Of a DNA stretch of 64,000 bases, positions 36,308 through 49,077 are shown piece by piece; position 1 is the stretch's first letter, and the number at the start of each line of letters is the position of its first letter. A model generated the notes under the pieces. The model did not search any database. It was not told where the DNA came from and saw nothing but the letters and a program-made list of their open reading frames with translations. Made by a program: the position numbers and the translations under genes. Origin of the DNA: Porphyridium purpureum (Eukaryota); NCBI GenBank assembly GCA_008690995.1, contig VRMN01000002.1:1-64000 (forward strand). Reading direction: 5' to 3'.

Positions 36308-37850
36308 CAGTCCTGGCAAAGATTTTTGCAACATCTGCATTTTAGTCCAACGAACTGGATCTTATAGTACAAGAGCTCATTTTGATTGAATGTTTACTTT
36401 TAACTCTTTTTTAACATTGTGAACATCAAGCATAACGATGAACCAAGGCGCGGCGCGCGCGTTTTTGTTTTCCCCAGACCATCAGAAGGTGCTCAAAGGA
36501 TCTTCGCTGGCTGATCCATCTCCTCGTGCGCAAGTGGAGAGTCTCCGGATCGAAAGTGAGCGCGCAACGGCCGGACAATGGCGCCGTGGCTGTTGGAACA
36601 CAAAAAAGGGCAGATCGACGCCCTTGCGGGCCAGGAGCTGTCGGTACGAGCCATTGCGAAGGCTCTGAAGCCTCGCCCAGATCGCTCGCGGCCGTTCTAT
36701 GCAACTGTGAGCCGTTATCTGACGTTAAGGGGTCGCCGAATTGTCCGCAAGAAGCCAGGTCCGAAACGGCTTTTGAGTCGCAAATCGGAACGCCGCATCA
36801 TTCGCGCCGTATCTGTTGATGCACTGACGTCCGGACAGGTGGTTCACGAGCTGCACTTGCAGTGCTCGGCCAGGACAGTGCGTCGGACGCTTCAAGCAGC
36901 AGGCTTTCTTCGCTACAAGCGAGTCTCGCGGAAACCTTCGCTGTCGTCTGACAACATCAGAAAGCGATTGGCGTTTGCCACTGCATTCATTGCGAAACCA
37001 ATGGCTTTCTGGCATCAAGTGGTCTTTTCAGACGAGAAGATTTGGAGCTGCGATGGTCCGTTCGGCTCCTCGCAGCGATGGGTCGACTGTCGCGCTAAGT
37101 CAAGTTCGTACGCCAGGCGCCAGCACTCTGGAGGTGGCAAGGTTCACATGTGGGCCGGTATGTCCCTGCGCGGCCTAACAATGGCCGTCTTCGTCGAGGG
37201 TGGCTTGAATGCCGTTAAGTATCAACAAGTCTTGCTGGAAGCCTTGCTTCCGTTCGGCCTGGAAATGTATGACTTCAATTTCACTTTCCAGCAAGACAAT
37301 GCCCCGGCACATACGGCCAACTCGACCAAGGCGTGGCTCGACGCACTCGGCGTCACTGTGCTGCCGTGGCCTGCAAGGTCTCCGGACCTTAACCCAATTG
37401 AAAACATTTGGGGCGTCTTGTCGCGCGTGGTTTACCGAAAAGGCCGCCAGTTCGCAGCGCGTCGCAGAACTTAAGGCTGCCGTCCTTGCGGCGTGGGCGA
37501 CCGAGGCCCAAAAGTACGTAGTTCCACTTTTGGAGTCCATGCCTCGCCGTCTTCAAGCTGTACTAGACGCGCGCGGCCACCACACCAAGTACTAAAGTCT
37601 CATCCTTCTTGATCTTCGTGTTTCTTTGTTACGTTCCAAAACCTGCGCCCCTCGCCAATACCCCCTTTTTGCTGTCTCCATTGCCCATGCGCTCTTTCCT
37701 TGCCTTTTCCTCCCGGTTGGACGATCCCGTGTTTCTTGGGACGCGCGATCGATTGGCGTGCTCAAAGCATACCCTTGTCTATCAAGATTCTTCACTTTTA
37801 CACGAATTTCACTTTTTATGAGGGTGTTGCAAACATTTTGGCCAGGACTG
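36308..37850 (+). mobile_element. Tc1-family DNA transposon (DD34E)
   Basis: 26-bp TIRs CAGTCCTGGC...TTTGCAACA (23/26 match) and TA target duplication at 36306-36307 and 37851-37852. Confidence 0.93.
36578..37595 (+). CDS. Tc1 transposase with one frameshift near 37460
   Basis: HTH region, FSDEK, FQQDNAPAH and WPARSPDLNPIENIW (34 residues between D and E). The C-terminus SMPRRLQAVLDARGHHTKY is in a shifted frame. Confidence 0.88.
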
Positions 37851-38814
37851 TAGTAGCTAATACTAAATCCTGAAAACCCGGATTACAGACTGCAGACATT
37901 GCCAAGTCAATACATGCCTTAACTTGCCATCATAACAATCATGTAAAGGCATTGACCACTGTCACCGCGAGCAAAGACGAAGGATAAGTGACAACATGAG
38001 AATGTGGTGGACCCAACTGGTGAAACGTCGCTCTCGCTGCGACCGCAGCCTCGCGGGTACAACAGCCGCCTACTCAAACTTGCGCATCTGCAACTCGGAA
38101 GCGCCCACAGTTCCACCACGCCGAATGAACTTTGGATAGCCGCGCGCGGGAGCAGATTCAGCGCGCAAGAAAAAAAGCATTCCGGGCGAAGCTGCTTGTA
38201 GTGACTTTTCTCACGGAAAAGACACAGCGGATGCGACAGCCTTCCTGTGCTTTTGAATGACTTCGTGAGGAAGATCGGTCCACCTCACGCAAGAACGCCT
38301 ACAAGGTTCTACGTCCAAATTATTCGAAGCGCGAGATATGCACTGCCGCGTAGCGAAGCAAAGACTCAAAGCACAAGGTAATTGCAAATCCAACCTTCCT
38401 CATCGTCCCAGACCAGAACAAGAAGATGCAGGTCCCTTCAATGCCAGCTCGCGAGCTCGGATTTTGACTTTCCACTGCAAGCTTTATCCGAGCCGTTCGT
38501 CTGACTGTCTGAGCCCTGGGCACCAGGACAAGCAATCCAGCGATAATGCTGCGGCGGCGTGGCTACCGCCGACACGAAACCGGCCATTTCCCTCTAGAGC
38601 TGTGCCGATTGCGTTCCTGCCATTATTCTGGTCATCCGATGTGACTTGCGTGCCCCTGCACTCGTCGCTGTGCTTTTGATACCGGTTCACATTTTGACAC
38701 AACGTCAGAAACAGACAAGGACATCGAAAAGAATCCAGGCAACATCTGAGCATCCGATGCTGACTTCCGGGCTTGAAGTGCGGCCGTATCGGCGCGTTCT
38801 TGCAGTTCAAGAGT

Positions 38815-39075
38815 TCAGCGGATTTCATCAGCAATTACCCTGATTCGCGAACTATTGGCCTGAAATAGCCCCGCCATGACCGTGGGGCCAAGACCGGTCT
38901 CGCCTTGCCTGGTCACATTCTTGATGCGGCGCTCAAGCAGGTCATCATACTTGGCGTGTCGATGATGCAGAATCGGCTCTGCATCAGATTTGATCAAGTG
39001 CTAGTGGATGTACTCAAGTATCTCAGCCACGAGCCCTGGCGGAAGCGCGTTCCATTTGCTGCAACGCAGCACATT
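38815..39075 (-). pseudogene. Possible F-box-like gene remnant
   Basis: KWNALPPGLVAEILEYI followed by an in-frame stop. A similar WTDLPHEVI lies near 38280. Confidence 0.25.
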
Positions 39076-41147
39076 TGTTCCTAACAGTTAGTTTGGCATG
39101 TCGAGCGAAGTACCGTGATGATCATGAAGCTTGCCAAAGACCGTCAATGCCGACTTTGCCTGTCCAGTCGCGCCTGTCACGTGCATGTACGCACTCCACA
39201 TCTCCACTTCCGCAAGTGATCTGCTGTTTAACGTCCACGGAATTGAAGGCTACCGTCGCCACACATGGTCATCCAAGTCGTCCTGGCAGCATGATAAATT
39301 CGATGGATAGTACAAACAATGATTGGTGTCATGTGGGTGCTTTGCGAACCAGCCCTCTGCCACGGCCGATGCAAAGTGGCACAAACAGAATTTCGGCTGT
39401 ACTCTCGAGCGCGCTGGACATGGAAGCAGCTTTTCAGCGCTCACGGCGAAAAAAAGGGGCGTTCAGAAATACTCCGTGGCCAGCAGAAAAATCATAATGT
39501 CGCATGATTACCATGACAGGGTGTCCCGAGTTACGCACCTCGATAATGCCTTGCTTTTCACGAACGCCATAATGGTCACCTTTGGTCACGAGCAGGTTGC
39601 CCGTGTCATTTTCGCACGAGTCCCCGCACGCCACCGCGTGTTTAGACAGGCTCTACGCCGATACACTAGAGTTTTGCCTCACCGCTTTCCCAGTTGCTGT
39701 AGTTGCGAGGCAAAAACAGATGCTATCGCTCAAACTGCTGCAATGACAGAGCGGCACAGGGCGGCACAGAGCGGCACAGGGCGGCACAGAGTGGCATAGA
39801 AAAACACAGACCAGCTCTAGTTCGGCTTCATCTGGCTTTTCCGACTGACACGTATGGGCGAGAACATTATCTTGCAGTACAGCTGCAGCAAGCCGCCGTT
39901 GACCATGCAAAGTATAGATTACCGCCATTTGACCCACGTTGTCTGCGTCGCCTAATCGACCAGAGTTCACAAAGGAATAAAAGTCCGGCTGCACGACAGG
40001 CGCGACCGGATTCGTGCACATGGACCGCCTTGCTCTTCGCTTGGAACTCTGCGATCCAGCCGAATGGCGTTTCAGCCCGTGCGGGACACGCCGAGCATGC
40101 TCTTTCCTGTACTGAACCTGAGAATCACACCATGGAATACGTCCAGTTCTTTTATACCAGGTGACTCTTGATAAGCTTCGAAGAGCCCGTGCATCCCGGC
40201 GTAGATCCACGAGGATGGCTGATCAGAGTGCACCATAAAATCTTTGAGAGTCTGGACGTAGGCGATCTCCTCGGGGTATTGCGTTGCGACACTTAAAACC
40301 CCAAAACTGAGCAAGACGATCGTTTCCGCGTCCAGAATGTCTTGCTAGCTCTCCAGAAAAGGCCAGACTCCCATGTACTTCAGTGCGTCCCGCAAAGACC
40401 GCACGTTGCCGGTGCCATAATCCTTGAGCGCGACTTTTATGCGCCTGGCACTGGTCGCCAGACATGCTCAGTTCTTCACCATTCGCGAAGCTCATGCACT
40501 AGCTAACACGATGATTGCCGCATTGGTGTGTGAAAAATCAGCACGCAGATGTCGCTCCGTACTGACCTAGCACACGCGCTCCCCATTTCCCTCTCACTAG
40601 AATCCTGTCCGTCCGCTGGCCGCAGTGCGATGCTCGTCAGGCTCGCCGGGCTCGCGGGCTTATCGGGCTTATCGGGCTCATCCATTCATGAGAAACGAGA
40701 TCGAGTGAGTCGTCCTAGTGTCCAGAGGCGTTTTATGCAAGAGGAGAAAGGATGGCGGAAAACGAGGCCCTCGCCACGCACAGAACTTCCGATTTCTGGG
40801 ACGCCTTTCCTCGGTTGGAGTAGCGATGGCGTGGATACGCAGGCGTTCGATCCAAGGTCTATTCCTCGGCGTAGGGCTGCACTCGAAATGGCTTTTCGCA
40901 TTGGGTTACCCAGAAGATCACGTAATTTGTTTGACAACTTGTTTCGCATCTGTCCATTTAAGGTGAAGCACGCAGCTTTCTGCAGGATGAGGGGCGACGT
41001 GGAAGTGTGTGCACGTTCAAGGACCGGAATACATCAGAGAGCATCATGAGAGGTAGCCGTCAATCAGCGTCGTCATGTGAGTTGCACGACGAATCGCGTC
41101 AGCATCGGCCAGGGGCTTGCTGGTGGTTAGGACTCGGGCGACATCGA

Positions 41148-42215
41148 CTATACGGGGGAAGCACCACTTCCTCCAACACGATTCAGAACGCTCGTAAATC
41201 CAAGCGAGCATTCCACAAATCCCTGCTCGTCCTGTGTTCCAGTAGGTACAAATGCAGCAGTCGCAACATACTCGCACACATCCGCCGCACCGGCAACATC
41301 CTGTTCACACAGGCACTTGTACGCCGCGCAGTCCTGAAACTCGCAGAGTCCCTCCGCCGCTCCGTTGACGGGTTGCGCGCATTGCGACCCGGTCTCTTCG
41401 ATGCAAGCACACTGCGGCGTCCCACATTCAGTCCGCACCGAATCTCCGCAAATCCCATTATTGCACACCAGGTCCCCCTGACAGTTGCAGTCTGAAGAGC
41501 ACGACTGGCCCTCGCTCTGCGCGCAAACGGAATTGGAAGAGCAATCGCAGGACTGGCAACACTCAGATTCGCATGTTTCACGCGAATCCGCGGGCAGCCC
41601 GCACTTGCGAAAGATGCAAGTGAGCTCGCCGGCGCAATTCTCATCGAATTCGCACGACTCACAACGGACTCTTGAATCAGTCCGGGCGCAGAAGCTGTTG
41701 ATGCACAAAGAGCTCGTTTCACACTCGCAATCATCAGTGCAGAAACTGCCAATACTCACTTGACAGTCGAAACTAGCAGCGCATCCACAGGACCTGCAAC
41801 ACCCAGATTCGCAACTTCGAGGAGTGTCCCAAGGCCCTAGGCAAAAGCTGTCAAAACATGTGAGACCAGTATTACACGGAAATTCGTCTTCAAAGCAGAA
41901 TTCACAGCGCCTGCCACGTGGAAATTGACGCTCAGTGACGTCGAGAAGCGAATCCTTTTCTAGGTCCCTGGTCAACAAGTCTGCATTCGGGACCTTGATC
42001 TTAGCCGTACGATCCGACGACGGCTCGATTGCTGTGTGCGCACGCGCCGGGTCATCACGCTTGGCGTCGTCGCCAGCTTTCGCACCAGTTGCCTTGGCGA
42101 ACAAACCAAGCACCGCAAGCGCAGCAACAAGCACGGCTGCCACACTGACCCGCGGAGCTGCGCGCCGCGGATGCTGAGCGCACGCGGCTGCGCCGACCTT
42201 GCTCAACAAAGCCAT
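41148..42215 (-). CDS. Secreted cysteine-rich repeat protein
   Basis: 355-aa ORF with hydrophobic leader VSVAAVLVAALAVLGLFA, two Cys-rich repeats (C..D..C...L.C....C; CESxCCxSCxC) and a C-terminal Cys domain. Confidence 0.8.
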   Translation of the reverse strand: MALLSKVGAAACAQHPRRAAPRVSVAAVLVAALAVLGLFAKATGAKAGDDAKRDDPARAHTAIEPSSDRTAKIKVPNADLLTRDLEKDSLLDVTERQFPRGRRCEFCFEDEFPCNTGLTCFDSFCLGPWDTPRSCESGCCRSCGCAASFDCQVSIGSFCTDDCECETSSLCINSFCARTDSRVRCESCEFDENCAGELTCIFRKCGLPADSRETCESECCQSCDCSSNSVCAQSEGQSCSSDCNCQGDLVCNNGICGDSVRTECGTPQCACIEETGSQCAQPVNGAAEGLCEFQDCAAYKCLCEQDVAGAADVCEYVATAAFVPTGTQDEQGFVECSLGFTSVLNRVGGSGASPV

Positions 42216-43715
42216 CCTCTACACCACCGTAGTGCGCGGCCGCCACACCAACACCGACGCTGCGCCTCTATGCCCTTCACCGAAGCCCTTTCCGTTCCGT
42301 TCCCCGATCCTAGCCCTGTCGTGCGTTCGACTGCCACCCCTCCACGACCTTGCACCACTGCTGCTCCACCTTCCTCTCGCCTCCCCGGCACCGACCGACC
42401 GACTGCCGCGCGCCAGCGGCGCGTTTATAAACACGCGAGCGCGTCATCCCAGACCTCACGCAAATGCGCCAGCAGAGCACATCGCCGCACGGTGCGCGCG
42501 GCGATTCCACAGCTCGCGCGCAGAACGCGCCATCACGGTGCCACGCGCAGCCGCAGCAGCGTTCGAGATTTTCATCGCAGCGCCGATGCGTGTCCACCAA
42601 ACCGCGGGGTTCCTGAAGGGCCACGGCGCGCGCTCGCTCCGGACGCCCGCGAATCGGCGACGAGTCCAGTGTGCCACGCGTCCAGTGGTGAGATTCATGT
42701 GCAAGCACGCGCTCGGCGCACGATAAAAATCGGCGCATGCTTCTTGGTAAACGATACGGCTCTACTATGGCGACGTGGGTTTGGCCACGCGCAGGGTGGA
42801 ACCAACACGCTCGAACCAGCAGCGTGCGCAGCGTCTTTCTGGGGGCAAGCGGTGGTTGCAGCCAGCCGCCGTATTGGGGGCGATATGAAAAAGCAGTTGC
42901 TTTGCTCACGTCGGCACGAGAGGCAAGGAGACCTTGTTTGGTCTTCGGTCTGTGCTTGTTGCTCTTGCGCGTCATCTCTCGAACTGGTCGAGAGTGTGGG
43001 ATCCGGTGGCAACCGGATTCTTTCTCTTTTTTTACAGCTTAACTTGTGCCCTCGCCAATTCGTTTTCTTCACCTTTCTGTCGCGCGACTGCGGCTTGTCA
43101 CGCGTTCGCATCCATACCTTAGGCCTCATGGCCTTGCGTTCTTCGACTGGTGATACGCGCCCAACAGTTGCTACTTTCCAGTGCGCGTCCAATGTGGCAG
43201 CGACGAATGGACATTTTGGTTTCTTGCAAGTTCTTACCACTCCTATTGTGTCACATGTTATGGCCAGTCCAGAATCGAGACGACATGTTCTCACATTGTC
43301 AAAAACAGCAAATATCGCCAACGGCAGCGAACACCCTTGCTTCTCCCTGATCCTGCACAGATGAGCCGAAGACCGATGCGTTGCACGTTTTGGCACCTGC
43401 ATGGGCGCAAAAAAAGCAGAAAGTGACTCGCATTCTCGGCTTTGGAGCATGATTATTACTATCGTGGGCGGTTTTGTCAGCACATGGAGCGATCAAAAAG
43501 GTTGCGAAACTACGTTTAAAAGTACGCTCAATACGCGCGCCGGTCTTTGCGGAATCACGTTTTATGCCCCACGCTGATCCTATGCACGATAGAGCAGGTT
43601 GGTGTGACCTGCTTCAAATGCCCTCTGACAAGCTCATTTTTCGCACTTTAGGCCTTTCATGGCGATCAGAGGCCACCAAGTGCCAGATCTCCTTTCGTCC
43701 CACCAGCTCCGTTTC

Positions 43716-44555
43716 TTAGAGCCGAAAGTCAAGGTGGGAGAGATCACAATCGCCATCAAGGTGAGTTTGTCGGTCCCGCTCAATCTGGAGATCTCTTGCA
43801 TGATTATCGTGGGGGTTTTCTCCGGTATATGATCCGTGGAGATTTGCACCGAGAATGCTGTTAAACGAGCAGTTCCGCACGCCAAGCAAGTTATGCAGCA
43901 CATCATTGTACAGCTGCACCGATAAATGCTCGACGGCCATAATGGATGTTGTCTTCGGGAAGCGTTTATGTACCGATTGCGCCATCTGTGCTTGTTCTGC
44001 CCACTCTCGGTGAAGCCGCGTTTGGTTCCATTTACGCACGTGAACTTCGGCATCCGCGACCTCGCGAACCGTAAAGATTATGCGCGCACACGGAAATACC
44101 TTGGACAAGAACTCAAGCATGTGCCTAGACACATAGCGAATCTCCTTGAAGCCAAGGACCCTTGTTCGCGGCTCGCGCGTTGCTCGCTCGGCGCCATACA
44201 CCATGATCTTTACGAGCTCCTGCGTATTGCAGCTTAGAGCGTGCATGTCGATCTTTGGGTGAGACCAAGCGAGCGAAGGGTGTGACAGGTCTGTGTACTG
44301 CTTATGGAGCTCCAGCTCCCGTTCCAAAGCTCCCGCGTGCTCACCGATAAGCTCGAAGCCGGGAATCATTCTGAACATGGACAACGCGGTCGTGCTTCCC
44401 GAGCGGCCGCCCGCCGCAAGAATAAACAACCAGTTGTCCGCGCACAAATCACATCCCGGGGCGCCCGCCGCGTCGCGAGGCGCAACCACGGGCAGCAGCA
44501 GTGCGCACGCCGCTACCCAAGCCACCAGCGCACGCCGTGCCTTGAACTCCATCAT
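43716..44555 (-). CDS. Sulfotransferase-like protein with a signal or anchor
   Basis: Probable start MMEFKARRALVAWVAACALLL, PAPS-binding-loop-like FILAAGGRSGSTT, and LGFKEIR..FPCARIIFTVRE. Confidence 0.7.
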   Translation of the reverse strand: MMEFKARRALVAWVAACALLLPVVAPRDAAGAPGCDLCADNWLFILAAGGRSGSTTALSMFRMIPGFELIGEHAGALERELELHKQYTDLSHPSLAWSHPKIDMHALSCNTQELVKIMVYGAERATREPRTRVLGFKEIRYVSRHMLEFLSKVFPCARIIFTVREVADAEVHVRKWNQTRLHREWAEQAQMAQSVHKRFPKTTSIMAVEHLSVQLYNDVLHNLLGVRNCSFNSILGANLHGSYTGENPHDNHARDLQIERDRQTHLDGDCDLSHLDFRL

Positions 44556-44699
44556 CCCCCGTTCTCCTCCACCGGCCCAAACCCGCCCAGTGACCGCATC
44601 CCGAACGCAGGGCTGAGCAACGCTGAGTGCAGCTGATGTCGTGGAAGCGCCCTCGCTGTACCCCCAATGATCGAGCGTCAAGCGCGTTCCGCCCTGACA

Positions 44700-45364
44700 A
44701 AACGCGACGGTTCTGTCTTTTACGTCACTCATTGCCCAGTCAGATGCATCGTGGTGGACGTGCGTTGTTGCGAACGTGAAGCTCATGACTGCCACGCTGG
44801 ACAAGTTCCACGAATCAATATCCTGATTCATGTGAGCACGAAAGAACATCGCGCGAGCCAGTACCTCCGTTCAAGCTCGAAGACGCAAACAGAACGATCA
44901 TGCTTGTCACGCAGCTGACATCCCAACCAGAAGTATCCCGGTTGAAAAAAGTGGAGTCAAACCTGCCGCTCATGCTTGTCACGCAGTTGGCACTTCACGA
45001 TCCAGTGTTTCCGTTGGAGTTTGAACTCGCAAACATGGCACTCAATTTGTGACTGTGCGCGGAATGTCGGTGGGTACACTTTGCGATGAGCTCGTACCCC
45101 AGCAAACCGTATTCAAAGTGTTCAGAACGAGTTCCCACCACAAAGCTACAGTAGTCAAGCTGTCCCTGAACCTCATTCCACCCAGACTTCCAGTGATCAT
45201 GTCTGCATGGCTTCCCTGCGAAGTAAAAATGTGTCTGAATTCCCTGTTCTCGAGTTTGCTGTGACCGGTCATAAGTCAGAATCGACCATGACGTCCGCAG
45301 GCGGTAAAGAAACTTCCAAGAATACCTCAGAAACGTCCTCGTCATCGAGCACCATACTTCTGAG
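44700..45364 (-). pseudogene. Decayed third PKD+DUF285 module after the stop of the large DUF285 gene
   Basis: After TAG the frame reads LRSMVLDDEDVSEVFLE. Later fragments ITGSLGGMRFRD, SVPTDIPRTVTN and FNRD/NQDIDSWNLSSV follow. Confidence 0.75.
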
Positions 45365-48300
45365 CTAGCAGGTCAAACCTCCATCACACGCACTAAAAGG
45401 CCCTGAAACAAAGTAACACTTCATCGGAGCCCTGACATTGAAATTGAAACACGTTCTGACACTGCCTACATCCCAGTTGGAGACGTCCTGGTCGAAAGCA
45501 CTAGCATTCTCAAACATGCCATCCATACTTCTCACATGACTCACTTCCCAGCCAGATATGTCCCAGTTGAAAGCACTAGAATTCTGAAACATATAGTGCA
45601 TACTCGTCACGCTAGACGTGTCCCAATTGCCAATATCTTGATTGAAAAAAGAATTCGCGAACATCATCCGCATGTCTCTCACGTTGGACGTATTCCATGT
45701 ACCAATATCTTGATTGAACAAAGAATCTGAGAACATTTTGCGCATGAATACCACGCCGGACGTGTCCCATGCGCCAATATTCTGATTGAACGAAGACTTA
45801 TAGAACATATTGCCCATGTCTGTCACGACGGATGTGTTCCATGCGCCAATGTATTGATTAAATGGAGAATACGCGAACATAGAGCGCATGTTCGTCACCC
45901 TGGACGTGTCCCACGAACCTATGAAATGATTGAACGGAGAAGACGTGAACATCTCGCGCATGTTTGTCACGCGAGACACGTCCCATTTCCCAATATCTTG
46001 GTTGAATAGAGACTCCTCGAATGTTCTGCTCATGAATATCACGCTGGACGTATTCCAGGCGCCAATATCTTGATTGAACGGAGACTTTGCGAATACAGAG
46101 CCCATGTCTGTCACGCTGGACGTGTCCCATGCGCCAATATATTGATTAAATGGGGAGTAGGCGAACATGGAGCGCATATTTGTCACTCTGGACGTGTCCC
46201 ACGCGCCAATATCTTCATTGAATGGAGAGTATGAGAAAATCTCGCGCATGTTTGTCACACTGAACGTGTTCCATGCGCCAATACTCTGATTGAACGAAGA
46301 ATACCAGAACATAGATTGCATGTTTGTCACGCTGGACGTGTCCCATGTGCCAATTTCTTGATTGAACGACGACTCCGCGAACATAAATCGCATATCTGCC
46401 ACACTTGACGTGTCCCATGCTCCAATATTTTGATTGAACGAAGATCTCGAGAACATAGCGCCCATGTCTGTCACGCTGGATGTGTTCCATGCACCAAGAT
46501 CTTGATTGTACGAAGAACACGCGAACGTCCCGCTCATGCCTCGCACACTACCCACATTCCAGCCAGATATATCCTGCTTGAAGATACTAACATTGTAGAA
46601 CATGCGGCTCATGTCCGTTACCCTTGAAACGTCCCACGCACCAATCTTCCGATTGAAGTTTGACGACGCAAACATTCTGCTCATATCTGTCACCCTCGAC
46701 ACGTCCCACATATGAATCTCTCCGTCAAAGTCTGCTCGCTCAAACATGCCGCTCAGATCTGTGACAGTGCGAGGTATGTCCGCGGGAACACTCTTTAGCG
46801 TCCTCACGCTCTGGAAAGCCCGACTCAATGTGGCTAGGCCAAGCTCGCCCCATGAACCCACACGAGTCAAGCCGTCCCTGAACCTGATTCCACCCAAACG
46901 TCCCGTGATCACGACGACATGGCTCCCCTCAGAGCTATACTCGTGCCTGAATTCCCCCATGCTCGTGTATGTCATTGCCGTTCCATCGCCATAGTCGACC
47001 ACAACGTCCACAGGCTGTGCAGAAAACTCCAAAGATACTGCAGAAACGTTTTCGTAATCGAGTACCATGTTCGAAAGTCCACAAGCCAAGCCTCCATCAC
47101 ACACATCAAGGGGCCCAGGGGCAAACGCACAATTCACGGCAGCTCCAAAGTCGAAAAGTTCACATGACTCGACCCGCCTTACATCCCAGCCATAGAGGTA
47201 CTGGTTAAAGGCACTCGCATTTTCAAACATGGAGTCCATGTTTGTCACGCTGGACGTATTCCATGCGATAATCTGTCGATTAAAGGACGAAAATGCGAAC
47301 ATCGCGCACATATCTGTCACGCTGGACGTGTCCCATGTGCCAATATCATGATTGAACGAAGAATTAAAGAACATATAGCCCATGTCTGTCACGGTGGACG
47401 TCTTCCACGCGCCAATATCTCGATTGAAGGAAGAGCCAAAGAACATATAGCCCATGTCTGTCACGCTGGACGTGTCCCACGTGCCAATATCTTGATTGAA
47501 AGAAGAAGAAGCGAACATCCCATTCATGTCTGTCACGCCAGACGTGTTCCACGTGCCAATTTCTTGATTGAACGAAGAACTGAAGAACAAATAGCCCATG
47601 TCTGTCACGCTGGACGTGTTCCACGCGCCAATATCTTGATTGAACGAAGAATACGCGAACATGCCGTGCATGTCTGTCACGCTGGACAAGTCCCAGCTGC
47701 CTATATCTCTACTAAAAGATGAGTTCTGAAACATAGCTTTCATGGTGGTCACCGTGGAAACGTCCCATGATTCAATATCTCCGCTGAAGCTTGACCCCGC
47801 AAACATGGCGCTGAGATTTGTGACCGTGCGCGGTATGTCGGCGGGAACATTTTGCAGTGAGCTCAAATCAGAGAAAGCCCCATTCAAAGTGGTCAGGCCG
47901 AGCTCGCCCCACGAAGCTACAGCAGCCAAGCCGTCCGTGAACCTGATTCCACCCAGACTTCCGGAGATTGCGACTTGATAGCTTCCCTGATGTCGGTATG
48001 TGTGCACAAACGTTCCCATGCTCGTGTGTGCCTTTACCATTCCGTCACCATAATCGACCGAAACGTCCACGGGCGGTTCAGAAAATTCCAAAGATACCTC
48101 AGAAACATCCTCATACTCGAGCACCATCTTCTGCTGGGTTTCCTCAGACTCGACGAATTTCTGGCAGGGCTGGAACGCGCAGTTGGGGAACCCGCTGAGA
48201 CATGTCGCGGGGACGGCCGCGCATGCAATCGCCCCTGCGGCGTCTGGAACCAGGGCCAGCATTCCCGCAGCCGAGCACGGTTCGATCTGCGTAACCCAAT

Positions 48301-48394
48301 GGCAGAGCTCCTGAGCAACCACAGTGGGCAACGAAGACCAGGTCGCAAGCAGCGCGATGGCCAAAGCCCAAGCCAAAGGAAACATTCGCGCCAT
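45365..48394 (-). CDS. Large secreted DUF285/BspA-like protein with two PKD+repeat modules
   Basis: Probable start MARMFPLAWALAIALLA (matches the 23775 paralog). Two modules, each VDYGDG..GSLGGIRF..DIPRTVT plus mostly 24-aa FNQDIGAWDTSSVTDM repeats. Confidence 0.9.
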   Translation of the reverse strand: MARMFPLAWALAIALLATWSSLPTVVAQELCHWVTQIEPCSAAGMLALVPDAAGAIACAAVPATCLSGFPNCAFQPCQKFVESEETQQKMVLEYEDVSEVSLEFSEPPVDVSVDYGDGMVKAHTSMGTFVHTYRHQGSYQVAISGSLGGIRFTDGLAAVASWGELGLTTLNGAFSDLSSLQNVPADIPRTVTNLSAMFAGSSFSGDIESWDVSTVTTMKAMFQNSSFSRDIGSWDLSSVTDMHGMFAYSSFNQDIGAWNTSSVTDMGYLFFSSSFNQEIGTWNTSGVTDMNGMFASSSFNQDIGTWDTSSVTDMGYMFFGSSFNRDIGAWKTSTVTDMGYMFFNSSFNHDIGTWDTSSVTDMCAMFAFSSFNRQIIAWNTSSVTNMDSMFENASAFNQYLYGWDVRRVESCELFDFGAAVNCAFAPGPLDVCDGGLACGLSNMVLDYENVSAVSLEFSAQPVDVVVDYGDGTAMTYTSMGEFRHEYSSEGSHVVVITGRLGGIRFRDGLTRVGSWGELGLATLSRAFQSVRTLKSVPADIPRTVTDLSGMFERADFDGEIHMWDVSRVTDMSRMFASSNFNRKIGAWDVSRVTDMSRMFYNVSIFKQDISGWNVGSVRGMSGTFACSSYNQDLGAWNTSSVTDMGAMFSRSSFNQNIGAWDTSSVADMRFMFAESSFNQEIGTWDTSSVTNMQSMFWYSSFNQSIGAWNTFSVTNMREIFSYSPFNEDIGAWDTSRVTNMRSMFAYSPFNQYIGAWDTSSVTDMGSVFAKSPFNQDIGAWNTSSVIFMSRTFEESLFNQDIGKWDVSRVTNMREMFTSSPFNHFIGSWDTSRVTNMRSMFAYSPFNQYIGAWNTSVVTDMGNMFYKSSFNQNIGAWDTSGVVFMRKMFSDSLFNQDIGTWNTSNVRDMRMMFANSFFNQDIGNWDTSSVTSMHYMFQNSSAFNWDISGWEVSHVRSMDGMFENASAFDQDVSNWDVGSVRTCFNFNVRAPMKCYFVSGPFSACDGGLTC

Positions 48395-49077
48395 TTCAAT
48401 CGCGTGCTGCGCCTTTCGACCACGGCGGGCAGCAGTGCGCCCGTCGCGGAATGCCCCTCCCCGTACGACCATAAAATTATTCACTCGATATCGTCAGTTG
48501 CGACCACCCACACACGCTCTTCTGCGCCGCCACATCTATTTCGTGCTCGTTATGTTCCGCCGCACCGCTCCACGGAATCCCGTCGCTTGGTGAGCACCTT
48601 GCCAGCCCGCTCGCGCCCAGCTACGCCCTCTTAAACCTCTGCGCCGGAGCGCGCGCAACATACCTGTCAGGCATGAGGGTGAATACAGCCAAACTCTCCA
48701 CGCGCGCATCGAATCCATTGCGAAACACATGCATCTCGCGCACACCGGTAACGCGCGTGTCCACCGCGCGCATCGGCAAAACCAGCCCGGAAAAGCGGAA
48801 CGCGGTGGGACCGCCAGCCAGCGTCACACGTTGTACTGCGTTCGTGCGTGCACGGCCGTTTGCGTGGAACGCGCGAGGTCGGCGCACGCAGGAACGCCAG
48901 CAGATGCGCACACTCGGCCAGCCGGCCACTCGTCCAATAAGCAGCCGCCGCGCGTCGAGATCAAGCTTTTGAATCGAGCCGCGCCGCGTTCACGCCGTTT
49001 GCGGCACGCTATGCGCAACAGGTGCATTTTAAACCGATTGTTACATGCCATACGTGGAAGTAAATACGGTTTTGGAC

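Noticed and set aside
36308..37850. Fanzor/TnpB cargo in the Tc1 elements
   Set aside because: Both elements are ~1.5 kb and filled by the transposase. No RuvC or zinc-finger ORF was seen.
39650..41050. Protein-coding genes in short ORFs here and at 42.7-43.5 kb
   Set aside because: The ORFs are stop-riddled with no recognisable domain, so no call can be supported.
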